Source: Dongiaceae bacterium (GTDB lineage: Bacteria; Pseudomonadota; Alphaproteobacteria; Dongiales; Dongiaceae). From it: a stretch of DNA of 64,000 bases. Of this stretch, positions 20,627 to 29,093 are shown piece by piece. The stretch spans positions 1,351 to 65,350 of the forward strand of contig JBGAGP010000007.1 of NCBI GenBank assembly GCA_044226685.1, given 5' to 3'. A program made the position numbers and the translations under genes. The notes beneath the pieces were generated by a model. It was not told where the DNA came from, did no database searches, and was given only the letters and a program-made list of their open reading frames with translations. The first letter of the stretch is position 1. Each line of letters starts with the position of its first letter.

Positions 20627-21640
20627 TCAGTCGGCCGCGTTGCGCCGCGCCGGATCGCTCGGCCCGTCTTCCAGGCGCGCATTCAGCACCGACTTGATGC
20701 GATAATCCGCCTTGCCCTGGGATTCGTAGTAGACGCGCATGATGAGCTCGGCCAGCAGCCCCATCAGCAGGCACATCAGGCCGGCGATGACGCAGAGCGA
20801 GACGAGCAGCGGCAGCGGCGTCTGGATGAAGGACGTGTGGGCGAAGAACTTGAGGTAGAGCGCCCAGATCCCCGCCAGGAAGGCGAGGATCAGCAGGCCG
20901 ACGCCGGCCTGGCCGAAGAGATAGATCGGCTTGGTGCGGTATTTGGTGAGGAATTTCACCACCAGCAGGTCGAGCAGCACCTTGATGGTGCGGTTGAGGC
21001 CGTATTTCGACTGGCCGTATTTGCGCGCGTGGTGGGTGACCGGGATCTCCGCCACGCGGGCGCCCTGCGCCGCGGCGTAGATCGGGATGAAGCGGTGCAT
21101 CTCGCCATAGAGGCGGAAGCCCTGCAGCACCTCGCGGCGATAGGCTTTCAGCGAGCAGCCGTAATCGTGGAGCTTCACGCCGCCGACGCGCGAGATGATC
21201 CAGTTGGCGATCTTGCTGGGGAACGTGCGGACCATGTAGTTGTCCTGGCGGTCGCGGCGCCAGCCGGACACCACCTCGTAGCCCTCTTCCAGCTTGTCGA
21301 TCAGGCGCGGAATGTCCTTCGGGTCGTTCTGCAGGTCGCCATCCATCGGCACGATGATGGCGCCCCCGGCGTAGTCGATGCCGGCCATCATCGCCGCGGT
21401 CTGCCCCTTGTTGGAACGGAAGTTCAGCACCCGGATGCGCGGGTCGCGCTTCGCCGCCTCGGCCAGGCGCGCCTCGGTGCCGTCGCGGCTGCCGTCATTG
21501 ACCAGGATGATCTCGAAGCTGCGCGGCATCGGGTCCAGGGCGCCCAGCAGCGCGTCGCAGAGCGGCGCCACGTTGTCCTCCTCGTTGTAGAGGGGGATGA
21601 CGACCGACAGCGCGATCTGGGTGGCGCCGGATTGATCCAT
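20627..21640 (-). CDS. GT2 glycosyltransferase, polyprenol-phosphate type (ArnC/GtrB/DPM-like)
   Basis: VVIPLYNEE, VNDGSRD, MDGDLQNDP, LYGEMHRFIP, two C-terminal TMs. Confidence 0.93.
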   Translation of the reverse strand: MDQSGATQIALSVVIPLYNEEDNVAPLCDALLGALDPMPRSFEIILVNDGSRDGTEARLAEAAKRDPRIRVLNFRSNKGQTAAMMAGIDYAGGAIIVPMDGDLQNDPKDIPRLIDKLEEGYEVVSGWRRDRQDNYMVRTFPSKIANWIISRVGGVKLHDYGCSLKAYRREVLQGFRLYGEMHRFIPIYAAAQGARVAEIPVTHHARKYGQSKYGLNRTIKVLLDLLVVKFLTKYRTKPIYLFGQAGVGLLILAFLAGIWALYLKFFAHTSFIQTPLPLLVSLCVIAGLMCLLMGLLAELIMRVYYESQGKADYRIKSVLNARLEDGPSDPARRNAAD

Positions 21641-21664
21641 GGGGTTCCTCAGGCGGTCCTCGGT

Positions 21665-23539
21665 TCAGGCATTGCGCGCGGCGCTCTGCAACACCAGCTG
21701 CGCCCACAGGGCGAAGCGGTGATCGGCGGCGTGGCGCTTGTGCTCCGCCAGCATCCTTTCCAGCATCGGCCGGGCGATCGAATAGCCGGAATCCGCCGGC
21801 GGCTCAAGCGTGAGGCCGCCCCTGGCCAGCCATTGCCCGACCGGCACGCCGAAGCCCTGCTTCCTGCGGGCGAGGACCCAGTCTGGCAGCAGGCCTCTCA
21901 TCGCCTCCTTCAGGATGAACTTGGTCGTGCCGTTGTGGAGTTTCAGGCGGCTCGGGATGCGGCGCGCCAGGTCGACCACGTCGAGGTCCAGGAAAGGCGC
22001 CCGGCCCTCCACCGAATGCATCATCGCCGTGCGGTCCGACTTCACCAGCACGTCGTCGGTCAGATAGAGCCGGGTATAGAACTGCAGCGTGCGGTCGACC
22101 AAGTCGCCGCCGCCCGGCTGGTTCGCGGTGGCATTCCAGGCGCCGATGGCGTCCTCGTAGACCTCCTCGGTGCGCGCCGGGACCGCCAGCGCCTCGGCCA
22201 AATCGCGCGGGGCGAGCGGGCCGATCCAGGCCGGGTTCCACAGCCCCGGCTCCTCGCGCAGGCCGGAGAGCATGCGCTTGATCTTGAAGTCCAGGCTCAT
22301 GTAGCGGTGCGACACCGGCAGCAGCCCGGCGACGAAGCTCACCGTGCTGCGCAGCGGTTTCGGCACCAGCGAGTTGTAGAGCCTGGCCCAGCGCAGCCCC
22401 TTGAAGGTCTCGTAGCCGGCGAACAGCTCGTCGCCGCCGTCGCCCGACAGCACGACGGGCAGATGCCGCCGCACGTGGCGGAACAGCAGGTAGCAGGCGA
22501 CCAGGGAGGAATCCGCGATCGGCTCGTCCAGCCGGCCCAGCATCTCCGGCACGATGCCGGCGGCATTGGCCAGGGTCAGGTGGTCGACCACGTGCTGGGT
22601 CTTGTAATGCGCGGCGACGCGCGCGGCATAAGGCGATTCGTCGAAGCTCGGCTCGTCGAAGCCGATGGAGAAGGTCTTCACCGGCTGGTCGGTGACCGCG
22701 GCGGCGAAATGCACGACGCTTGAGGAATCGATGCCGCCGGAGAGCAACACGCCGACCGGCACGTCGGCGGCGAGCCGCAGCGCCACCGCGCGCCGCAGCC
22801 GCGCGCGCAGTTCCTCGACATAGCCGCCGACATCCTCGGCGCGGGCGCCCTGGTCCGGCTCCAGCTCGAAGGACCAGTAGCGCCGCAGCTCGCGGGCGCC
22901 GGTGGCGAGGTCGAGGGTCATCCAGGCGCCGGCCGGCAGCTTGTGCACGCGATCATAGATGCTGGCCGCGCCCGGCACGAAGCCGTAGGCGAAATATTTC
23001 TGCACCGGCAGCGCGCCGGGCGAGAGCGCCAGCGCCGGATGATGCTTGAAGGCCGTGGTTTCCGAGGCGAAGGCGAAGACCTTGTTCTGGTCGGTGTAGT
23101 AGAGCGGCTTCTCGCCGAAGCGGTCGCGGCTCAGCAGCAGCCGCTTCCGCTCCACGTCGTAGAGGGCGAAGGCCCACATGCCGTTGAAGCGGCGATGCAT
23201 GCCCTCGACGCCCCAGGTGAGATAGGCCTGCAGGATCACCTCGGTGTCGGAATGATCGGTGAGGAACCGGCGCCCCGCCGCCTCCAGGTCGCGGCGCAAC
23301 TCGGCGTGATTGTAGATCTGGCCGTTGAAGACGATGACGCAGCGGCGGTCGGCATCCCACATCGGCTGTACGCCGCCGGCGATGTCGAGGATGGCGAGGC
23401 GGCGATGGCCGAAATGCAGTCCGGCGGCGGCATCGACATGGGCCCCGTCCCCATCCGGGCCGCGATGCGCCAGGGCGCCGGTCATCGCCGCCAGGATATC
23501 CGGCCTGTGCTCGCCAACAAATCCGACCAATCCGCACAT
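21665..23539 (-). CDS. asnB: AsnB-family glutamine-dependent amidotransferase
   Basis: N-terminal MCG, HRGPDG, RRLAILD, RDRFGEKPLYY, LSGGIDSS, SGDGGDELFAGY. Confidence 0.95.
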   Translation of the reverse strand: MCGLVGFVGEHRPDILAAMTGALAHRGPDGDGAHVDAAAGLHFGHRRLAILDIAGGVQPMWDADRRCVIVFNGQIYNHAELRRDLEAAGRRFLTDHSDTEVILQAYLTWGVEGMHRRFNGMWAFALYDVERKRLLLSRDRFGEKPLYYTDQNKVFAFASETTAFKHHPALALSPGALPVQKYFAYGFVPGAASIYDRVHKLPAGAWMTLDLATGARELRRYWSFELEPDQGARAEDVGGYVEELRARLRRAVALRLAADVPVGVLLSGGIDSSSVVHFAAAVTDQPVKTFSIGFDEPSFDESPYAARVAAHYKTQHVVDHLTLANAAGIVPEMLGRLDEPIADSSLVACYLLFRHVRRHLPVVLSGDGGDELFAGYETFKGLRWARLYNSLVPKPLRSTVSFVAGLLPVSHRYMSLDFKIKRMLSGLREEPGLWNPAWIGPLAPRDLAEALAVPARTEEVYEDAIGAWNATANQPGGGDLVDRTLQFYTRLYLTDDVLVKSDRTAMMHSVEGRAPFLDLDVVDLARRIPSRLKLHNGTTKFILKEAMRGLLPDWVLARRKQGFGVPVGQWLARGGLTLEPPADSGYSIARPMLERMLAEHKRHAADHRFALWAQLVLQSAARNA

Positions 23540-23630
23540 CGCGCGGTCAATGCTCCCTGCTCATGCCTTCCGGACTATAGCCCTTGGGCACGGCCGGCCG
23601 CCATGCGCCAGGACGCCATCCCGGCCGGTC

Positions 23631-24629
23631 TCATCCCGCCGCCCCGCGCGTGCGCCACAGCAGCAGCGCGCCGGGCAGGCCGATCAGGCTGACCAGGACG
23701 GCCGCCCCGCGTATCACCAGCGCCACCAGCAGCGCATCGCCGCTCGGCACCCCGCCCAGGCCCAGGAACAGCACCAGCAGTGCCTCGTAGACGCCGATCC
23801 CGCCGAAGGAGATCGGCAGGCCGGAGGCGATGGCGGCGACGCCAAGGGCGAAAACAATGACGGGCAGATCCGTCGGCCGGCCGAGATCGTGGAGCGTCAC
23901 GACGAAGAGCGCGAGAACGAACACGACATTGGCGAGGCTGGACAGGAAGAACCGCGCCTGGGCGCCGCGGTGCCGGCGCAACCGCACCTGCATGCGGCCG
24001 GTCTCCGCCAGCATCGCGCCGAGGAAGGCCCAGCCGCGCACCAGCAGGCCGGCATCGCGCGGCGCCGGGCTGATCTTGCGCCCGCCGAGCCATTTCAGCA
24101 GCGCCAGCAGCACCAGGATGCCGAGGCCGCCGCCGAACAGGATCACCAGCTGCAGCCAGGGCCGGAGCCAGGCCATCGGCCACAACGACGCCAGCATGAC
24201 CAGCAGAACGTAGATCGCCACCTGCATCGCGCGTTCATAGGCGATGGCGCCGATGGCGACCGGCATGCTGCCGCAGGCGCGCCCCATCAGCAGGATGCGC
24301 AGGCCGTCATAGCCAAGCGTGCCGGGCATGAAATTGTTCAGGAACAGGCCGGCGAAGACAGTGCGCCCGGAGCGCGCCAGGGTCTCGCGCACGCCGACCG
24401 TCTCCAGCAGGGCCCGCCAGCGCCAGATCAATGCCGCCTGGGCCAGGAAGAAGAGCAGCGTGACGCCGGCGAGCCCGGCCAGGGACAGCGATCCCGCGGC
24501 CCGGCGCAGGCCCTGCCAGTCGACGACGAAGACCAGCGCCGCAATCAGGGCCGCGCTGACACCAAGCTGCAGCGCCAGGGTCACGGCGCGCCGCGATGAC
24601 CGGCCGGGCCGGGGCGCGTCGGCGGTCAA
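23631..24629 (-). CDS. Lysylphosphatidylglycerol-synthase TM / UPF0104 flippase-like protein
   Basis: [39 protein letters not shown]; TTG start overlaps the DUF1289 stop. Confidence 0.85.
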   Translation of the reverse strand: MTADAPRPGRSSRRAVTLALQLGVSAALIAALVFVVDWQGLRRAAGSLSLAGLAGVTLLFFLAQAALIWRWRALLETVGVRETLARSGRTVFAGLFLNNFMPGTLGYDGLRILLMGRACGSMPVAIGAIAYERAMQVAIYVLLVMLASLWPMAWLRPWLQLVILFGGGLGILVLLALLKWLGGRKISPAPRDAGLLVRGWAFLGAMLAETGRMQVRLRRHRGAQARFFLSSLANVVFVLALFVVTLHDLGRPTDLPVIVFALGVAAIASGLPISFGGIGVYEALLVLFLGLGGVPSGDALLVALVIRGAAVLVSLIGLPGALLLWRTRGAAG

Positions 24630-24874
24630 GCCGTCGCCGTCCCGCGCCGCGCCGGCAGGGCGTCGAGGATCTTCTGCCGCTCGTCTGGGGTGGAGATGAT
24701 CCAGTCGCGAATCTCGTCGATGGTGCGCTGGCAGCCGATGCACCAGCCGGTCTTGGGGTCGATCTGGCAGACGCTGATGCAGGGCGAGGGCGGGCCGCTC
24801 ATCAGCAGCCGGCGGCGCTCCTCGCGCCGCTTCTCGCGGGCCAACCGGCGTTGCTGCTCGCTATCCTCGGTCAT
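24626..24874 (-). CDS. DUF1289 family protein
   Basis: [29 protein letters not shown]. Confidence 0.88.
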   Translation of the reverse strand: MTEDSEQQRRLAREKRREERRRLLMSGPPSPCISVCQIDPKTGWCIGCQRTIDEIRDWIISTPDERQKILDALPARRGTATA

Positions 24875-24940
24875 CGCGCTGGGTCGGGCTCCTGCCATAT
24901 GGCTGCCGGCCACATTCCGGGCATGGTCATGGGCCCACCC

Positions 24941-25030
24941 CCAAGTCTATCTGGCCCAAGTCTATCTGGCCCAAGTCTATCTGGCCCAAGTCTATCTGGC
25001 CCGAGTCTATCTGCCCCGAGTCGATTTGGC
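24941..25030. repeat. 15-bp tandem repeat, 6 copies (4 perfect, 2 degenerate)
   Basis: (CCAAGTCTATCTGGC)x4, then CCGAGTCTATCTGCC and CCGAGTCGATTTGGC. Confidence 0.97.
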
Positions 25031-25103
25031 GGGCCGGCCGGCGGCGGTCTATTATCACGGCGCCAGGAACGTTGAACAGCCGCCGCCTATCGGAGGAAAG
25101 CCA

Positions 25104-26786
25104 GTGCCGCCAAAGTCCGGACGATGGGGGCGGATCATCGCCGTCACCCGCCTTGCCACCGGGCTCGTCCTCTTCTTCTACGTCCTGACCCACAACCTCA
25201 ACCATATCCTGGGGCTGGTGTCGCTTGCGGCGATGGAGGCCGGCCGCGAGGTGTTCCTGGCGTTCTGGCGCTTCGAAGGCGTCGAAGCGCTGCTGCTGCT
25301 CTCGATCCTCCTGCACCTGCTGATCGGCCTCCGGGCGCTCTACCGGCGCAAGAGCCTGCACATGCCGGCGCTCGAGGCGGCGCAACTCGTGCTCGGCCTG
25401 AGCGCGCCGCCGCTGCTGATCCTGCATGTCCTCGGCACCGTCTATGCCCACGACCAGTATGGGCTCGACGACCGCTACGCCTTCGTGCTGTGGGCGATCT
25501 GGGTGGCGTCTCCCAGCATCGGGGCGATGCAGGCCGCGGCGCTGGTCGTCACCTGGATCCATGGCTGCATCGGGCTCAATTACTGGCTGCGGGTAAAGCC
25601 CTGGTTCCCGCGCTGGCGGTTGGGCCTGGGTGCTACGGCGCTGCTGATCCCGGTCCTCGCGCTGCTTGGCTTCACCGAGGGCGCCCGCGAAGTGGAGCGG
25701 CTGGCGCAGGACCCCGCCTGGATGGCGGCGATGCTGTCCGAAGCAAAGGTCCCTACGGCGCCGCAGGTGGCGGCGATCTACGCCCTGCGCACCTGGCTCA
25801 CCCTCGGCTTCTGCGGCCTGGTCGGCGGCGTCTTCGTGCTGCGCGGCCTGCGCAGCCTGGCGACGCGGCATCGCGCCATCCCGGTCACTTACAGCGACGG
25901 CCGGCAGGTGGTGATCCAGCCGGGCACCACCCTTCTGGAGGCGAGCCGGATCGGCAACATCCCGCACGCCTCGGTCTGCGGCGGACGCAGCCGCTGCTCG
26001 ACCTGCCGGGTGCACGTGCTGGCGGGCGTCGAGGCCCTGCCGCCGCCGGGCGAGGAAGAGGCCCGGGTGCTGGCCCGCATCCATGCAGCACCCGCGGTGC
26101 GCCTCGCCTGCCAGGTGCGCCCCACGGCCGCGATCACCATCCAGCCCCTGATGCCGCCCGGGACCAGTGCGCAGCAGGCCCTGTTCGGCGCCGACCTCAG
26201 CCAGGGCAAGGAGCAGGAGGTGGCGATCCTGTTCGCCGATCTGCGCGGTTTCACCGGGCTGGCCGAACAGCGCCTGCCCTATGACGTGGTGTTCCTGCTG
26301 AACCAGTATTTCCGCACCACCGGCACGGCGGTCCAGCAGGCCGGCGGCCATGTCGACAAGTTCATCGGCGACGGCGTCATGGCGGTGTTCGGCCTGCGCG
26401 GCCGGCCCGAGCTGGCGGCGGCCCAGGCGCTCGACGCCGCCCGGCGCATGGCCGAGGGCATCGAGATGTTCAACGCCCAGCACAGCGCCGAGTTGCGTGT
26501 GCCACTCCGGATCGGCATCGGCGTGCATTTCGGCCCGGCCATCGTCGGCGAGATGGGCTTCGCGCCCGCCCTCGCGCTCACCGCCATCGGCGACACGGTC
26601 AACATCGCCAGCCGGCTGGAGGCGGCGACCAAGGAGCAAGGTTGCCAGCTTCTGGTCTCCGAGGCGGCGGCGAAGGCGGCCGACATGAATCTCGCCCTCG
26701 GCCGGCGGACCGAGATCGCGCTGCGCGGCCGCAAGGAGCCGCTGGTCGCCTACGCCCTCGACGACGCCCGCAACCTGGGAGGCTGA
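25104..26786 (+). CDS. Class III adenylate cyclase with His-bearing membrane domain and 2Fe-2S ferredoxin (CyaC-like)
   Basis: GGAGG RBS at 25092 and GTG start; His-containing TM helices; CGGRSRCSTC...RLACQ; LFADLRGFT, KFIGDG, GDTVNIASRLE. Confidence 0.92.
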   Translation: MPPKSGRWGRIIAVTRLATGLVLFFYVLTHNLNHILGLVSLAAMEAGREVFLAFWRFEGVEALLLLSILLHLLIGLRALYRRKSLHMPALEAAQLVLGLSAPPLLILHVLGTVYAHDQYGLDDRYAFVLWAIWVASPSIGAMQAAALVVTWIHGCIGLNYWLRVKPWFPRWRLGLGATALLIPVLALLGFTEGAREVERLAQDPAWMAAMLSEAKVPTAPQVAAIYALRTWLTLGFCGLVGGVFVLRGLRSLATRHRAIPVTYSDGRQVVIQPGTTLLEASRIGNIPHASVCGGRSRCSTCRVHVLAGVEALPPPGEEEARVLARIHAAPAVRLACQVRPTAAITIQPLMPPGTSAQQALFGADLSQGKEQEVAILFADLRGFTGLAEQRLPYDVVFLLNQYFRTTGTAVQQAGGHVDKFIGDGVMAVFGLRGRPELAAAQALDAARRMAEGIEMFNAQHSAELRVPLRIGIGVHFGPAIVGEMGFAPALALTAIGDTVNIASRLEAATKEQGCQLLVSEAAAKAADMNLALGRRTEIALRGRKEPLVAYALDDARNLGG

Positions 26787-26788
26787 GG

Positions 26789-27463
26789 ATGGTCGACGCG
26801 ATGCCTCCCGGCCTTAGCCCGTTGCGCCTCGACCATGCCTATGTGCGCGGCAATCCGCGGAGCCCCTATTGGTCGCTGGCGCCGCAGCTGATCCAGCAGC
26901 ACACCGATTCCTCGTGCTCGCTGGCCAGCGCGGTGATGCTGCTGAATGCCATTCGCGGCCATGAGGGGCAGTTGAAAGTGGGAGCGCCGGTGAGCGAGCG
27001 GAGCCTGCTCGACGCGCTCAAGGACGAGGCCTGGCGCGCGGCCATCGCGCATGAGACCGGGCCCGGCCAGACGCTGAGCGAATTTGCCGCAGCGATGGGG
27101 CGGGCCCTGGCGCATTTCGGCTGCGCGGAGACTTGGCGCGTCGAGGTGCGTGCCGTCGTCGACGCCGGGGCCTGCCTGCCGGACTTGCGCGCGACCCTGG
27201 CGGAACTGGAATCCGAAGCGACCGGCTTCGTCGCGGCGAATTTCCACCTCGACCTGTTCTACGGCGATGGCGTCGATGTCGGCCATTTCTCGCCGATCGG
27301 CGCCTATGACCCGGCCAGCGACCGGGTGCTCATCCTCGACGTCTACAAGAAGGATTACGAGCCGCTTTGGGCACCGCTGGAGCGCCTGGCGCACGCCATG
27401 GCGACCAAGGGCAGGCGCACCGGCGAGCAGCGCGGCTATGCGGTGGTCAGAAGGGTCGGATAA
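26789..27463 (+). CDS. Phytochelatin-synthase family protein
   Basis: Q-x5-C (QHTDSSC), GHFSPIGAYD, LILDV: intact Cys-His-Asp triad. Confidence 0.85.
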   Translation: MVDAMPPGLSPLRLDHAYVRGNPRSPYWSLAPQLIQQHTDSSCSLASAVMLLNAIRGHEGQLKVGAPVSERSLLDALKDEAWRAAIAHETGPGQTLSEFAAAMGRALAHFGCAETWRVEVRAVVDAGACLPDLRATLAELESEATGFVAANFHLDLFYGDGVDVGHFSPIGAYDPASDRVLILDVYKKDYEPLWAPLERLAHAMATKGRRTGEQRGYAVVRRVG

Positions 27464-27485
27464 GGACACCGGGCCCCACCCGTAT

Positions 27486-27588
27486 CGTCATGCCAGGGCG
27501 CGACCCTGGCATCCACGAGTTTGCCGGAAGCGATTGCGGGCGGCGGATAGAAACCCATGGATGGCAAGGCCAGGCCTTGCCATGACGG
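27486..27588. repeat. REP-like palindromic doublet, family B (GTCATG...CATCCACG)
   Basis: Arm 27486-27523 matches the reverse complement of 38799-38836 at 36/38; second arm at 27555-27588. Confidence 0.85.
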
Positions 27589-27619
27589 CCGAGTGGCGAG
27601 GACGGCGTAGCGTCGCCGC

Positions 27620-28093
27620 TTACGACAGCCCGTGCTCTTTCTTGTAGTCGGCGATGGCTTCCGCGAGGTCGCTGTATTCCTCGCAATCGCCGCAGGCGTC
27701 CTTCAGCACGTCGAGGCGCGCCTGGGCCTTCGGCAGGTCGTTGAGCTCGAGGTAGAGCTCGCCCACGTATTCGTTGGCGCCGAGATGCTTCGGCTCCATG
27801 TTCAGGGCCTTGGTGTAGTAGGTCATCGCCTTGGCCTTGTCGCCCAGCTTGCGGTTGGAATAGCCGAGCAGGTTCAGCGCGTCGGCGTATTCGCCCTTTT
27901 CCTTGATCGATTGCTGCAGCAGCGGAATCGCCTTGGCGTATTTCTCGTCGTCGACGAACTGCTTCGCCTGCTTGTAGAGATCCGCCTGTTCCGGCTCGGG
28001 GGTCGAGCTGGAACCGAGCGCGAAGGCGGCGCCGGGAGCCGCCATCAGGCCCAGCAGGATCACGGCGGCGGCGCGAAAATCACTCTGTTTCAT
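27620..28093 (-). CDS. Exported tetratricopeptide-repeat protein
   Basis: Signal peptide; ADALNLLGYSNRKLGD...YYTKAL...HLGANEYVGELYL TPR pattern. Confidence 0.88.
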   Translation of the reverse strand: MKQSDFRAAAVILLGLMAAPGAAFALGSSSTPEPEQADLYKQAKQFVDDEKYAKAIPLLQQSIKEKGEYADALNLLGYSNRKLGDKAKAMTYYTKALNMEPKHLGANEYVGELYLELNDLPKAQARLDVLKDACGDCEEYSDLAEAIADYKKEHGLS

Positions 28094-28212
28094 AATGCCT
28101 CTCCTCCTTGAAAGGTCGGTGCATCCTGTCGGTCCGCAGCGACGCGGTCAGTGAAACAAGTCACAGATGATGCGACGCTGACGGGATTCCTGGGATCACA
28201 AGGACGTGACTG

Positions 28213-28881
28213 TCAGGAGTAACGCTCCTCCGTCCACGGATCGCCGTGGTTGTGATAACCGCGCACTTCCCAGAAGCCGGGCTGGTCCGTCGCGGCGAAG
28301 CCGATCCGCTTCACCCATTTGGCGCTTTTCCAGAAATAGAGCTTCGGCACCACCACGCGGACCGGGCCGCCATGCTCGACGGTCAGGGGCGCGCCCTCCC
28401 AATGGGTCGCCAGCAGCACGTCGGCCGCGGCGAACTCGGCCAGCGGCAGGTTGGTGGTGTAGGTGTCGAAGGACTGCAACAGGACAAACTTCGCCTCCGG
28501 CTTCGGCCGGACGTGGGCCAGCAGATCGGCCGCCAGCACCCCCCGCCAGCGATTGTCGTAGCGCGACCAAGAGGTCACGCAATGGATGTCGCTGACGCTT
28601 TCGGTTTGCGGCAGGCGGTTGAACCCATCCCAGTCCAGGGTGACCGGCTGCTCCACCAGCCCGTCCACCACCAAGCGCCAGCGCTGCAGGTCGATCTTGG
28701 GCTGGGCGCCCAGGTCGAGGACCGGCCAGGAGGTCACCAGACGCTGCCCCGGCGGCAGGCGCCGGGCGGCGGGGTCGGCGGTTTCCCCAGTCAACAGGCG
28801 TCCCTGCTCGGCCCATTCCTGCTTGCGCTGGATCAGCTTCTCGCGGGCACCGTCGGGCAGGTCGTCTGCGGCATTTGGCAT
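28213..28881 (-). CDS. Sulfite-oxidase-like molybdopterin oxidoreductase (YuiH-like)
   Basis: RLPPGQ, DIHCVTSWS, EHGGPVR, YFWKSAKW, GFWEVRGYH. Confidence 0.92.
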   Translation of the reverse strand: MPNAADDLPDGAREKLIQRKQEWAEQGRLLTGETADPAARRLPPGQRLVTSWPVLDLGAQPKIDLQRWRLVVDGLVEQPVTLDWDGFNRLPQTESVSDIHCVTSWSRYDNRWRGVLAADLLAHVRPKPEAKFVLLQSFDTYTTNLPLAEFAAADVLLATHWEGAPLTVEHGGPVRVVVPKLYFWKSAKWVKRIGFAATDQPGFWEVRGYHNHGDPWTEERYS

Positions 28882-29093
28882 GGTTCGGTCCTCCGCTGGC
28901 GATGCGATGATACGCCGGTTGGTCGTGCGCCCCGATGATAAGACGATCACAAATGCCAGTTGGATGCATATTCCACACCGAATCGATGCGTTTTAGGTCG
29001 ATCGCTTTCTTGCCAGGGCGCTGTGAAACCTGTAAGCAAACCCGCGGTGTTGGGCAAATTCCCAAGAATTTTCTGTGATTTAGAAGGCTCGCG

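Noticed and set aside
17450-24629. Horizontally acquired island or lasso-peptide/RiPP cluster (AsnB-like cyclase next to tldD)
   Set aside because: No integrase, tRNA, direct repeats or visible GC shift; AsnB retains its Ntn glutaminase domain; no precursor peptide or B protein.
24941-25030. Possible CRISPR array
   Set aside because: Units are 15 bp, directly abutting, with no spacers and no cas genes.
24690-25103. 138-aa N-terminal extension of the cyclase containing QVYLA repeats
   Set aside because: Overlaps DUF1289 antisense; a GGAGG RBS with GTG at 25104 gives the expected architecture; the repeat is simply stop-free.
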